Assembly (NCBI GenBank): GCA_903828955.1
Contig: CAIKOA010000008.1
Coordinates: 36,813-100,812, forward strand
DNA: 64,000 nt
Reading direction: 5' to 3'
Source: an uncultured Candidatus Micrarchaeota archaeon
GTDB lineage: Archaea > Micrarchaeota > Micrarchaeia > Anstonellales > Bilamarchaeaceae
A model generated the notes under the pieces. It did no database searches. It was not told the DNA's origin and saw only the letters and a program-made list of their open reading frames with translations. Positions 26,000-35,380 of the stretch are shown one piece after another; positions within the stretch are counted from its first letter, which is position 1, and each line of letters opens with the position of its first letter. Made by a program: the position numbers and the translations under genes.

Positions 26000-26199
26000 C
26001 CGCTTCCCCCTCGCATATTACTTATATAAACCAAACGGTCTCCTTTCACAAATATATGGTAAAACACCGCGTAAGGAGATGTTCAAAGCGCATCAAAGGC
26101 GGCGTCAGGAGATGCAAAAAGAGTGACAAAGAAAAGTGCGCCGCGGGTTTTGCGCCACTGCTTTTGCCCGGCTAAGACAGAAGGACAAAAGCGGTGAAT

Positions 26200-26269
26200 G
26201 CGGTCGCCGGGATTCGAACCCGGGTCGCGAGATTGGCAACCTCGTATCCTACCGCTAGACTACGACCGC
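26200..26269 (-). tRNA. tRNA-Gly (anticodon GCC)
   Basis: Reverse complement: GCGGTCG-TA-GTCTAGCGGTAGGATAC-GAGGT-TGCCAAT... anticodon loop TTGCCAA; T-arm CCGGG-TTCGAAT-CCCGG. tttataaaca TATA about 50 nt upstream (26316..26325). Confidence 0.8.
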
Positions 26270-26385
26270 TAAGACTTGCGTTAGCCCATTATGCGGAAAA
26301 ACGTTTTTAAAATCAAACCTAAATCTTTATAAACATCTCTTTGCATAATTTATAACAAGACAATCTATCCGGGTCGGAGCCACCC

Positions 26386-27501
26386 ATGCCAAAAAACAAC
26401 GATGTTGAAAAACCTGGTTCTATCCAAAGCCGCAACCGTAGCAGCGCCCCTCCGGGCCCGCTCAGTAGGGAACCGAAGATTGAGCAAATCCAGGGCGCAT
26501 CTTCAGCTCAAGAAAAAAATCCGGGAAAAGGGGCTGATGCAGAGCGGAGGAATCTTGCTGCGAGCGAAGAAGAGAAACCAAAAGCGTCTGGGGAAGCGCT
26601 TTCCAAACCCCAGAATGCTCCCCCGCGTTCCACTCATGAAGACGCGAAAGCGCTTGCTTCAAAAACCATAAAGGAAGCAAAGGAAAAAGCGAAGGCTCGC
26701 CGGCTATCTGCATCATTGCCCCCTGCATCCCAGACCCTGCCGATAACCCCAGTTTCTATTGCATTGGACAGCAGCATGGATGCATCCGAGGTCCAGGCAA
26801 AGATATCTCAGAGTGTGCTTGAGGCTCTCAATGAATCGCGCCGAATGCAGGGAAGGCCGGAGATGAGCAAGGAAGAACTCCAGAGAAAGATGGAAGAATG
26901 GGCTGCCAACGGGGAAAAGGAAAGAAGGCGGAATGAAGATGGAGCCAGGATATATCCTATTTTAAAAGATCCAGCTCAGAGGGCAAAACTTGAGTTAGCG
27001 CTCAGGCATTGCATTTCAAAAAAACAATTCCGGTTCGTTATTGAGTTCCATAAGCACTACTCACCTGCAGGAGGCGTGGAGTATAGCTCCTGGTTTTATC
27101 CGTTCATTAAAAGAGAGCTAAGTTTGCTGCTGGATGGGAATCCTGCCGGGCAAATAGAGTTAGCGGAGGCCTTAGGGGTCAGGCCGGAAAACGCAATAGT
27201 AGAGCTGCTTGGGAGGGCGTTTTACCGCGGGGACATTGCAGAAATCCGCAGGCTGGAGAAAAGGTTCCAGCCAAGCTATTATGAGGAGAAACTTGCGAGA
27301 ATACGCGCCACCGGCCTCTCTGATGATAACGAAGGAGAACATGCGGGCAGAAAGTTGGCCAAGGACCTGGGCGTGCTTTCTGACTATGACGATGCAAAAT
27401 TGTTCGAGCCCCCAGAACCAGAGAGCTTGTATGACGCCTGGGTAGATGGGAAAAACGTTTTGGAGGTCTTTTTAGACAACTTTGTTGTAAAGAAGAAATA
27501 A
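26386..27501 (+). CDS. Hypothetical protein with disordered N-terminal third
   Basis: 371-aa ORF. N-terminal 150 aa are Pro/Ala/Ser/Lys-rich. C-terminal globular part has no recognised motif. Confidence 0.5.
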   Translation: MPKNNDVEKPGSIQSRNRSSAPPGPLSREPKIEQIQGASSAQEKNPGKGADAERRNLAASEEEKPKASGEALSKPQNAPPRSTHEDAKALASKTIKEAKEKAKARRLSASLPPASQTLPITPVSIALDSSMDASEVQAKISQSVLEALNESRRMQGRPEMSKEELQRKMEEWAANGEKERRRNEDGARIYPILKDPAQRAKLELALRHCISKKQFRFVIEFHKHYSPAGGVEYSSWFYPFIKRELSLLLDGNPAGQIELAEALGVRPENAIVELLGRAFYRGDIAEIRRLEKRFQPSYYEEKLARIRATGLSDDNEGEHAGRKLAKDLGVLSDYDDAKLFEPPEPESLYDAWVDGKNVLEVFLDNFVVKKK

Positions 27502-27614
27502 CTCTCCTCCGAATTAGCTATCAGTTTGCAAATATTGAGCAAACAACAAACCATTATTCCGTCCTGCAGTCGCCCTAATCTTCTATTTTATTCCTTTCCC
27601 CCTAATTTCTCCCC

Positions 27615-28688
27615 ATGGGAAAAGTCCACGTAGTGGGAGCCGGGCCTGCAGGCTCTGTTGCGGCGATTTCCGCAATCCGTTCCGGCTACGACGTTTCACT
27701 TTACGAAGAGCACCCATGCGCAGGCGTCCCCACAAACTGCTCCGGCCTAATCTCAAAAGAGGGTTTGGAATCCCTGAAAGGATTCATAGATTACAGGAAG
27801 CACGCAATCCACAAAATGCGCGGGGCAATCCTGGATTTTGCAGGCTTCCAATTGAAGGTGGATTCAAAAAAAGACATCGCTTACATACTAAACCGAGCTT
27901 CCTTTGATGCTGAACTTGCAGCAAATGCAGAGAGGGAAGGCGCAAAGGTAATCTACTCCAAAAAGATGGAAAAGCCATTTCCCGAAGGAACAATAATCGG
28001 GGCAGACGGCCCGAATTCAACGGTCGCTTCTTCCTTTCTTTTCCCCAGGATTCCGAGATTCGTAGGCACCGCGCAGGCAGAGGTAAGATACGATGGGGCA
28101 ATGCCGGAATTTGCAAGGGTATTCCTCTCAAACGAAAGATTCCCGGGCTTTTTTGCATGGCTGATTCCAAAAAATGAGGAAATTGCGGATATGGGCGCAG
28201 GCTGCGTCCTCCCGGGAAACCCGCGCAGGGCATTGGACTCCCTCTCAAAATACGCCGGAATTCCCATTCCAAAAGAGCAGAGGCATTTCATCATCCCGCT
28301 TATGCAGAGGCCGCTTACCGCGGCGCGCATAAGGAAAAGGAACATACTTCTTGCAGGGGATGCGGCAGGCCAGGTGAAATCCACAACCGGCGGAGGCGTC
28401 GTATTTGGCACAAAATGTGCAGCGCTTGCAGGAAAGTACGCGGATTTCCCGGAGCGTTATGAGCAGGAATGGAAGGAAAAATACGGCCCCGACCTTGATG
28501 CGCACTACCGCCTCCACAAATCCCTATGTCAGCTTAACGATGATTCACTGCGCACAATAGGCTCGCTTGCCTCCACTCTCCAGATAGAAAGGTTTCTGGA
28601 AGAAAAAGGGAACATGGACAGGCCGACGAGCATGCTCTGCCCGGAACTCCTTCTCCACCCCCTCTCACTGCTGAAAAATAGGGATTAA
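27615..28688 (+). CDS. Geranylgeranyl reductase family FAD-dependent oxidoreductase (digeranylgeranylglycerophospholipid reductase-like)
   Basis: N-terminal dinucleotide fold VHVVGAGPAGSVAA, GADGPNS, and LAGDAAGQV near the C-terminus, the GGR-family pattern. Archaeal lipid saturation. Confidence 0.75.
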   Translation: MGKVHVVGAGPAGSVAAISAIRSGYDVSLYEEHPCAGVPTNCSGLISKEGLESLKGFIDYRKHAIHKMRGAILDFAGFQLKVDSKKDIAYILNRASFDAELAANAEREGAKVIYSKKMEKPFPEGTIIGADGPNSTVASSFLFPRIPRFVGTAQAEVRYDGAMPEFARVFLSNERFPGFFAWLIPKNEEIADMGAGCVLPGNPRRALDSLSKYAGIPIPKEQRHFIIPLMQRPLTAARIRKRNILLAGDAAGQVKSTTGGGVVFGTKCAALAGKYADFPERYEQEWKEKYGPDLDAHYRLHKSLCQLNDDSLRTIGSLASTLQIERFLEEKGNMDRPTSMLCPELLLHPLSLLKNRD

Positions 28689-28729
28689 ATACTTTTAGTT
28701 CCTATTCTAGATACTCGACGAGGTCTCAT

Positions 28730-29227
28730 ATGCTCCAGCAACTGCAGGCTGAAACGCCTGTGCAGAGAAAAACCTATTTCCCCAGCGAGACCGAGGCAGC
28801 GCCTCCATTCATACGCGAGCATTACAACGAGCTCCACGACAAGCACAAATTCCAGACCGTGATCACTTACATTCCCCGCATAAGGGGCTCATTCAACGGG
28901 GAACTCGAAAAATTCGACAAGCTCCCCAAGGAGGAGCGCTTCAGGCTTTACGAAAATTTCATGTTCGGGGAGGTGCGCAACGCCACAGAGGAGATCGCGC
29001 GCGCAGAAGACAAGCTGAAATACATGAAGAAGGTCGAGCGCACGCAGGAAAAGCAGGCGAAGAAAATCTCCGACATGATAGACAGCAAGGAAGACCTGAA
29101 GGCAGAGGATATGCGGGTTTTCCTTCCTCCGAAAATGTTCGCCCGCCTGATGCTTTATGTGAAATACGCGGGCAACAACAAGAAAACAATACGCGCATTT
29201 TTCAAGAACCTGGAGAAGGAGAAATAG
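28730..29227 (+). CDS. Hypothetical protein
   Basis: 165-aa ORF, charged/helical. No family recognised. Confidence 0.4.
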   Translation: MLQQLQAETPVQRKTYFPSETEAAPPFIREHYNELHDKHKFQTVITYIPRIRGSFNGELEKFDKLPKEERFRLYENFMFGEVRNATEEIARAEDKLKYMKKVERTQEKQAKKISDMIDSKEDLKAEDMRVFLPPKMFARLMLYVKYAGNNKKTIRAFFKNLEKEK

Positions 29228-29239
29228 CTATTTTTGGAA

Positions 29240-29313
29240 AGCCCCCGGAGGGATTTGAACCCTCGACCTATTGTTTACGAAACAATCGCTCTGCCAGGCT
29301 GAGCTACAGAGGC
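29240..29313 (-). tRNA. tRNA-Thr (anticodon CGT)
   Basis: Reverse complement: GCCTCTG-TA-GCTCAGCCTGGCAGAGC-G-ATTGT-TTCGTAA-ACAAT...GAGGG-TTCAAAT-CCCTC-CGGGGGC-T. Confidence 0.8.
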
Positions 29314-29372
29314 ATATGCCGTTCAAGCCATTTTTATCAATCGTTGGTTTTTTATGGCTTGGGGCGAATCCA

Positions 29373-29453
29373 CGCCGACGGCAGGATTCGAACCTACAAT
29401 CCCTTGCGGGACCAGTTTTCGAGACTGGCGAAATACCGTTATTCGACGTCGGC
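29373..29453 (-). tRNA. tRNA-Ser (anticodon CGA), long variable arm
   Basis: Reverse complement: GCCGACG...CCAGT-CTCGAAA-ACTGG (anticodon CGA), variable arm CCCGCAAGGG, T-arm GTAGG-TTCGAAT-CCTGC, acceptor CGTCGGC-G. Confidence 0.7.
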
Positions 29454-29564
29454 ATGCCACTTGCTAATAAACGGCATAATCATTTGCACCCGTTTATTTT
29501 AAAAAACAAATCCGTGCGCGTTGCGTAAGGAGATGTTTAAAGAGTTGCAAAGCATAAGGAGAGT

Positions 29565-29600
29565 AATATTCGACACTGTTTTTCTTTTAGGTGTGCTAGC
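29565..29600. repeat. Interspersed repeat, partial copy E (no hairpin half)
   Basis: gacactgtttttcttttaggtgtgctagcc matches copy F (gatactgtttttcttttaggtgcgctagcc) at 32/36 positions. Confidence 0.55.
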
Positions 29601-29703
29601 CAAAAATAATATATTGAAAAATAGCAAGAAACAGGAGGAACCCCTAAGGATTTTTGGATACCCGTTTTTGTCGTAAGTAAGCAGATGGCCAAAAACGGGA
29701 TAT

Positions 29704-29773
29704 GCGGCCGCCGGGATTCGAACCCGGGTCGTTGGCTTGGAAGGCCAAAATCCTACCGCTAGACTACGACCGC
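29704..29773 (-). tRNA. tRNA-Gly (anticodon TCC)
   Basis: Reverse complement: GCGGTCG-TA-GTCTAGCGGTAGGAT-TTTGGC-CTTCCAA-GCCAA...CCGGG-TTCGAAT-CCCGG-CGGCCGC. Confidence 0.8.
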
Positions 29774-29851
29774 TAAAAAGCAAGTTATTGTTGCATAAAT
29801 TCACTTTTTAAACATTCCATTACAATATCAACCAATTTCTGAGGTATTATC

Positions 29852-30979
29852 ATGTTTCCAAATATATACAAGGGGGATTACCGCCTTTTGCTGATTCCGC
29901 CCCTCTTGCTCATAGCAATATCACTATTGCTCGTCCCCACAATGAAATTCGGGGTTGATTTCCGAGGAGGCACCCTCATCACGCTCCAGCTTTCCGGAGA
30001 TATCGACAAGGCGGCACTCGAGCAGGAACTGACTTCGATGGGCCTTGACGCACAAGTAAATGTTTTTGAGGGAACTGTCAGCAGGACAGCGGAAATAGAG
30101 GTTTCCCAGACCGACGCGCTGATTGAAGCGGACAAATTGAAGGAGCAGTTCAATCCCCTCTTGGAAAAGGTCGCGGTTTTGGAAGCCCAGTCAAACGCAG
30201 ACCCCACAAAGTTGAAGGATTACAATACGCAGAGGGACCAGCTCAATTCGCTTGCAGACCGGATGTTCGAGCTCGGCGGAGTAACCTCGAAGGCGGAGTC
30301 CTTCACCAACCTCAACCAGCTGCGCACAAGCTTTTCGGACGCATACCTGAAGGTCTACGAAATCCACACCTCAAAAATAATGGATGCGATTAACCGGAGG
30401 GCCCACTACTCCAGCTATTCCATAGTCACCGTAAGCCCGGCCCTCAGCATGAGGTTCCTTGAGCAGGCAGGAAACGTAGTTTTATACTCGGCAATCCTGA
30501 GCGTAATCCTGGTATTCATCTTTTTCCGCCTTCCAGTTCCAAGCGCCGCGGTCCTAATCGGTGCGGCAAGCGACATAATAATCGCAATGGGCGGAATGTG
30601 CCTATTCGGAATCCCGCTCACGCTGCCCTCGTTTGCAGCCCTTCTAATGTTGATCGGCTTCTCCCTGGACACCGATATTCTGCTTACCACAAGGATCCTG
30701 AAAAGAAGGGGCGAGCCGAGAGAAAATGCATTCGATGCAATGAAGACCGGAATGACCATGAGCTTCTCGGCAATCGTTGCATTCAGCGTCCTGTTCATAA
30801 TCGCAATGCTTACCCATATCACGACTTATTATGAGATTTCCGCGGTTGCCCTTGCCGGCCTTGTCGGGGACATCTTTGCAACATGGGGGATAAACGCAGT
30901 AATTATTCTCTATTATAAGGAAAGGCTGGACCATAAGGAAAAAATTGAACATGGCAGGCCGGAGCACACGGGGGGATGA
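29852..30979 (+). CDS. secF: Protein-export membrane protein SecF
   Basis: N-terminal TM then KFGVDFRGGTLITL motif. Six C-terminal TM helices. Followed immediately by secD, the archaeal secFD order. Confidence 0.75.
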   Translation: MFPNIYKGDYRLLLIPPLLLIAISLLLVPTMKFGVDFRGGTLITLQLSGDIDKAALEQELTSMGLDAQVNVFEGTVSRTAEIEVSQTDALIEADKLKEQFNPLLEKVAVLEAQSNADPTKLKDYNTQRDQLNSLADRMFELGGVTSKAESFTNLNQLRTSFSDAYLKVYEIHTSKIMDAINRRAHYSSYSIVTVSPALSMRFLEQAGNVVLYSAILSVILVFIFFRLPVPSAAVLIGAASDIIIAMGGMCLFGIPLTLPSFAALLMLIGFSLDTDILLTTRILKRRGEPRENAFDAMKTGMTMSFSAIVAFSVLFIIAMLTHITTYYEISAVALAGLVGDIFATWGINAVIILYYKERLDHKEKIEHGRPEHTGG

Positions 30980-30982
30980 AAA

Positions 30983-32638
30983 ATGGTTGACCACAAACAC
31001 ACCATCGGAGCGCTTTTCATTCTCTTTGCAATAGGGATTTTTGCATTCCCTCTTTTCTCGGGGCTGGTCCTCATACTCTCCTTAGTAGTTTTCGGGGGGC
31101 TTTCCTCCATCTGGAAGGAGCGCGAGCTCAAGCTCCTTTCGCTGGCAGCGATAGTCCTTCTCGCCCTATGCAACATGGGCATAAACGGGATGAAATTCGG
31201 CATTGATTTCAGCGGAGGAACCAGGATTCCAATCATCCTTGAATCCCCGGCATCCCAGACAACAATGACCGAAATGGTCGACATCATAAAGAAGAGGGCA
31301 TCCGCATTCGGCCTTACCGAAGTAAAGGTAAAATCAATCGGGGACAGCCAGATAAACGTCGAAGTCCCAAGCGGAGACCCCGCACTCATAAGCACAGTAG
31401 AATCCCTCCTCTCCCACCAGGGAGTGTTCGAGGGTGTTGTTGATGGGAAGGTGGCGCTCTCTGGAGACGCTATTCTTCCGGGAACAATCCAGAACGTGCC
31501 AGCCACCTATCTGCATGGGGCGGACTGGGGGGTGCAGTTTTCCGTAACTAGAGACGGCGCAGAGCATTTTGCCTCAACAGTCAACGGCAAGGCAAACTAC
31601 CCGCTCTACATGTACCTGGACCGCCCGAAGGATGCGATAGTCATCGCTTCCTGGGATGAAGTGAGCAAGAACGTTAAAGTCAAGGACAGGCAGATGGTGC
31701 GTTCGGCAGCCAAGAAGGCGCTCACGGTGGAAAACAGCACAATCAACTTCTATATATTGGATGAGCTGAACGTGTCCTCGCTCCACGCCTCCACGAACAA
31801 GACCAAGGCAATAGTTTCCAAGGCAACGGAAGCCCAGATTGGAAGCCAGCTTCGTGCAGAGGGCTTCACCGTCCAGGTCGTGGAAGACACTGAGATATCC
31901 CCGGATGTTCAGCAGATTGAAACAGGAGAATACATAATAGAGGAATGGAAGGCGGTTGGGCTTCTTTCCTCTCCAGTCCTCAACCCGACCGTAACAGTGG
32001 GCACTCCAAACTACGGCTACATCATCAGCGGAGGGGCCCAAGGGGACACCCCTGCGGAAAAGCAGACGGACGCATACAACAAGGAAAAGGGAATCCAGTC
32101 CATCCTTAAGGGAGGGGCTCTTCCAATCCAGATTTCGATTGGAAGCAAAACCACGATCCCTGCGCCTCTCGGTTCGGAATTCCTCAAATTGAGCGTAATC
32201 GGGCTCTTCATCTCATTGATTGCAATCTCGCTCCTTGTTTCAGTCAGGTACAGGAAGATGAACATCCTCCTCCCGATCATCGCAATCAGCGTCTCTGAAA
32301 TGATAATCCTGCTTTCCATCCTGGGCTCGTTTACAATCGACCTTGCGGCGATGGCAGGAATAATTGCGGCAATCGGCGTAGGGGTTGATGCGCAAATCGT
32401 GATTACCGATGAACTCCTCAAGAAATCCGCAGGAACGCCGCAGGAGAGGCTTGAGAACGCATTCACCATCATAACCACGAACGTTGTGGTGGCGATCTTT
32501 GCGATGGTCCCGCTGCTCTTCTCAGGAATGGTCGAGATTATCGGGTTTGCAATATCCACAATCCTGGGCTCGCTCCTCGGGCTGCTGATCTCAAGGCCGT
32601 CCTACGCAGCGCTGGTGCAGAACATCGCAGAAGAATAG
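30983..32638 (+). CDS. secD: Protein-export membrane protein SecD
   Basis: KFGIDFSGGTRIPI motif, large extracytoplasmic domain, C-terminal RND-like TM bundle. 551 aa. Confidence 0.75.
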   Translation: MVDHKHTIGALFILFAIGIFAFPLFSGLVLILSLVVFGGLSSIWKERELKLLSLAAIVLLALCNMGINGMKFGIDFSGGTRIPIILESPASQTTMTEMVDIIKKRASAFGLTEVKVKSIGDSQINVEVPSGDPALISTVESLLSHQGVFEGVVDGKVALSGDAILPGTIQNVPATYLHGADWGVQFSVTRDGAEHFASTVNGKANYPLYMYLDRPKDAIVIASWDEVSKNVKVKDRQMVRSAAKKALTVENSTINFYILDELNVSSLHASTNKTKAIVSKATEAQIGSQLRAEGFTVQVVEDTEISPDVQQIETGEYIIEEWKAVGLLSSPVLNPTVTVGTPNYGYIISGGAQGDTPAEKQTDAYNKEKGIQSILKGGALPIQISIGSKTTIPAPLGSEFLKLSVIGLFISLIAISLLVSVRYRKMNILLPIIAISVSEMIILLSILGSFTIDLAAMAGIIAAIGVGVDAQIVITDELLKKSAGTPQERLENAFTIITTNVVVAIFAMVPLLFSGMVEIIGFAISTILGSLLGLLISRPSYAALVQNIAEE

Positions 32639-32659
32639 AAAACAACCCATATCTTTTCT

Positions 32660-33751
32660 TTACTTCTTTTTCTTCTCAGAAATTGCCGAGAGGTAAACCT
32701 CCCTCGTCTTCTCGGCCACCCTCTTCCAGGAATAATCCTTCTTAACCTTCTCCTTTGCCTTCTCCACTATTCGTAAGTATTCCTTTTCCTTCGCCCCGAA
32801 TTCCCGAAGGCGCTCCGCAAGCCCAGCCTCATCCGGGAAAAGGAACTTCTCCGCATCAGCGCCATAAACCTCGCGGAAAAGTTCAGGGGCTTCCCCCACC
32901 GGAGTAGAGAACATCGGCCTTCCCGCAGCCATTGCCTCAAGCCACACAAGGGAGAACCCCTCATACCTGCTCGGAAGAACAATTGCTTTTGAATAGCAGT
33001 AAATCTTGCCCACATCACCGGGCTGCACTTCGGTGAATTCCGCATCCACCTTTAATTCTTTTGCAAGGGCTTCCAGGCTCTTTTTCGCCCCGTCGTCATT
33101 TCCGGCAATCAGTATTTTCTCTTTTCCTCCTGTCCGCGCGGCAGCGCGTATGAGCATGTCCACCTGCTTATCTTTATCCAGCCTCCCCACATAGGTGAAG
33201 TATTCGCCTTCAGTAAAAGGGGGGCATTCGAATGCGGAGGCGTTAACCCCATTAGGAATATACACTATTTTTCCAGGCGCAACCCGCCCCTCAATAAATG
33301 GAATCGAGTGCCTGGACACAACGATTACCCGTGAAGAAGCCGCAAATATGATGCGCGCAAACGTATTCCGATAAATCCACTGCGCAACCCGCCCCATCCC
33401 AGAGAGCTGGGGATATCCATGCACCGTGAATACGAATGGCTTCCCCCTCACCTTTGCCGCAACCGCGGTGCACACCGGCATCAGCGACCCATACCCATGC
33501 GACGCATACACATCTGCATCTTCAGCCATTAGCCTTAAGGCAAGGAAAGGAATCCATGAAACCGAAGAAAAGAAAGGAAACTTTAGCGCCCAGTGCCGTT
33601 TAACCAGGAAAGGCTCCCCCCCTCCTTTTCCGGAAGTGTGCACAACAATGCTTTCCCCCATCCCGTGCAGGCATTCGCAAAGCTCATACGCATGCCTCTC
33701 AATCCCCCCGATTGCCGGGGGAAAGGAATGGACCGCTTGCACTATCTTCAT
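32660..33751 (-). CDS. Glycosyltransferase family 4 (GT-B, retaining)
   Basis: C-terminal EGFSLVWLEAMAAGRP (the E-x7-E GT4 signature) and N-terminal donor-binding domain. Confidence 0.85.
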   Translation of the reverse strand: MKIVQAVHSFPPAIGGIERHAYELCECLHGMGESIVVHTSGKGGGEPFLVKRHWALKFPFFSSVSWIPFLALRLMAEDADVYASHGYGSLMPVCTAVAAKVRGKPFVFTVHGYPQLSGMGRVAQWIYRNTFARIIFAASSRVIVVSRHSIPFIEGRVAPGKIVYIPNGVNASAFECPPFTEGEYFTYVGRLDKDKQVDMLIRAAARTGGKEKILIAGNDDGAKKSLEALAKELKVDAEFTEVQPGDVGKIYCYSKAIVLPSRYEGFSLVWLEAMAAGRPMFSTPVGEAPELFREVYGADAEKFLFPDEAGLAERLREFGAKEKEYLRIVEKAKEKVKKDYSWKRVAEKTREVYLSAISEKKKK

Positions 33752-33761
33752 TCAATTCCTC

Positions 33762-34754
33762 TCAGTTCTCAACAGTTATTTCTAAGTTGTTGCCATCGAA
33801 TGCAACCTTCGCATCCTTGCCGTCAAAGTCGTTGTATACCGTAATGTTCCTCACTTGCGCTTTCAGGTAGAGCGTCTGCCTGGTGTTCGTCCAGTCATTT
33901 GCGCTTCCGCTTACCACTACTGCCTTAGGCTTGAGCTTGTCAAATAAGAAGTCCAGCTCGCTCAGCCCCTCGCTCATCCCGTGCCAGGGCATCTGCACAA
34001 CGTCGCAGGGCTTGGAATCCATTAAGATTTTTGTCTGCGCGCTCCCTTCAATATCCCCGGTAAGGAGGGTGCAGAACCCCCTCTCATCTTCCAGCCTTAG
34101 CGACACGCCGTCATTATTCGGGTCGAAGAACCTTCCCTCTCCCTTGATGGGGTTTTCAACTATCACATGAATCCCGCTGTAAAGGTTCTCATCCCCCCTG
34201 CCCACAAATTTGACCTGCCCCTCCTTCTTTATGCCGTTTATGTAGGAGGTATATCCAGCAGAGCCTTCTTCGCTCCTCCAGATATCCCCTATGCGGAAGT
34301 TCTCCCCCACATATTGCAGCCCCCCATAGTGGTCAGGGTCATCATGGGTGGAAACGACCACCTCAAGGTCATCAACCTGCTTCTCAAGGAGGAAATTCAC
34401 AACGGCCTGTTTTTTGGATTCGGGCCCCCCGTCAATCAGCATGTCGAAATCCCCTTTCTTCACGAGGATTGCATCGCCCTGGGTGTTCCCATCCCCCACA
34501 TTTATGAAGTAAACGTACATGGTCGCATTCGGGTCTTCCGCATATTCAACTGCGGGCCGGACTTCCACCGGAGGCTTCTCCCCTCCAGTAATGGTCGTAT
34601 TGGTGCCCCCCGTGATTACAAGGTGCCCTCCCGTAGTCCCGTTTCCATGGCTGACGGGCACGGTTTCATTCTCAACCACCACAGGAGGTTTCTGCTCGCC
34701 GCACCCGGCAAGGAAAATAAAAACCACAAACAATGCAAACAATTTTCTCATCAT
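33762..34754 (-). CDS. Secreted lipoprotein with metallo-beta-lactamase fold (ComEC C-terminal-domain-like)
   Basis: Signal peptide + LAGC lipobox. STHDDPDHYGG (HxHxDH-type metal motif variant). MBL beta-sandwich pattern. Confidence 0.65.
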   Translation of the reverse strand: MMRKLFALFVVFIFLAGCGEQKPPVVVENETVPVSHGNGTTGGHLVITGGTNTTITGGEKPPVEVRPAVEYAEDPNATMYVYFINVGDGNTQGDAILVKKGDFDMLIDGGPESKKQAVVNFLLEKQVDDLEVVVSTHDDPDHYGGLQYVGENFRIGDIWRSEEGSAGYTSYINGIKKEGQVKFVGRGDENLYSGIHVIVENPIKGEGRFFDPNNDGVSLRLEDERGFCTLLTGDIEGSAQTKILMDSKPCDVVQMPWHGMSEGLSELDFLFDKLKPKAVVVSGSANDWTNTRQTLYLKAQVRNITVYNDFDGKDAKVAFDGNNLEITVEN

Positions 34755-34796
34755 TTTCTACACCTTCTGCTCATTCTGATTAATACTCAATAATAC

Positions 34797-35348
34797 CTAT
34801 TTTATGAGTTTGCCCCTCGCATCCTCAAGAAGCGCCCTGCAAACGTCCTGCTTGTGCCGCAAATCCGGAATCAGCGCCCCTGAGAAATGCAGGTGCCCGA
34901 TCGCATCATATATCGCATCCATTTTCTGGAAGTAATATTCCGCCTTATCCCGCTTCCCTTCCCTTAATTGCTCCACTACGAGCCTCTTGATTTCCCCAAT
35001 GCAATCCAATAGGCCCAGAAGGTAGGGCTCTCCCTCCACCCCGATCTCATTATTCGAGGGAATCTCCCCTTCTTCCGCAACCGCAATTAATGCAACCGCT
35101 TCCGTATACTCCTGCTCAACCATTCTCCTCCTGTTGCCTATGCGCGGAAGCGCCTCCATGCCGCTTTTAGCCCGTGCCGCAAGCTCCTTTGCCTCCTGGA
35201 GGTTCCCATTGTGCACCTCCTTAATCGCCTTTGCGCACATCCTCACTACTCCTCTCTCATCGCGGATGTAGGAATCCAGCTCCTTTTCCTTCTCCAGAAG
35301 TATCTTTTCTATTTCAGGGACGTTCATGCACCTATTTCCCAATCGCAT
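34797..35348 (-). CDS. Translin-family protein
   Basis: Helical pattern EKELDSYIRDERGVVRMCAKAIKEVHNGNLQEAKEL... and EPYLLGLLDCIGEIKR match the translin/TRAX fold. Alternative start at Met-8 (35327). Confidence 0.55.
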   Translation of the reverse strand: MRLGNRCMNVPEIEKILLEKEKELDSYIRDERGVVRMCAKAIKEVHNGNLQEAKELAARAKSGMEALPRIGNRRRMVEQEYTEAVALIAVAEEGEIPSNNEIGVEGEPYLLGLLDCIGEIKRLVVEQLREGKRDKAEYYFQKMDAIYDAIGHLHFSGALIPDLRHKQDVCRALLEDARGKLIK

Positions 35349-35350
35349 TC

Positions 35351-35358
35351 TTTTATAA
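35351..35358 (+). promoter_or_regulatory. TATA box for tpiA (leaderless transcript likely)
   Basis: ttttataa 23-30 nt upstream of ATG 35381. Confidence 0.45.
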
Positions 35359-35380
35359 CTTTGCTGCGGATAGCCCCTTC

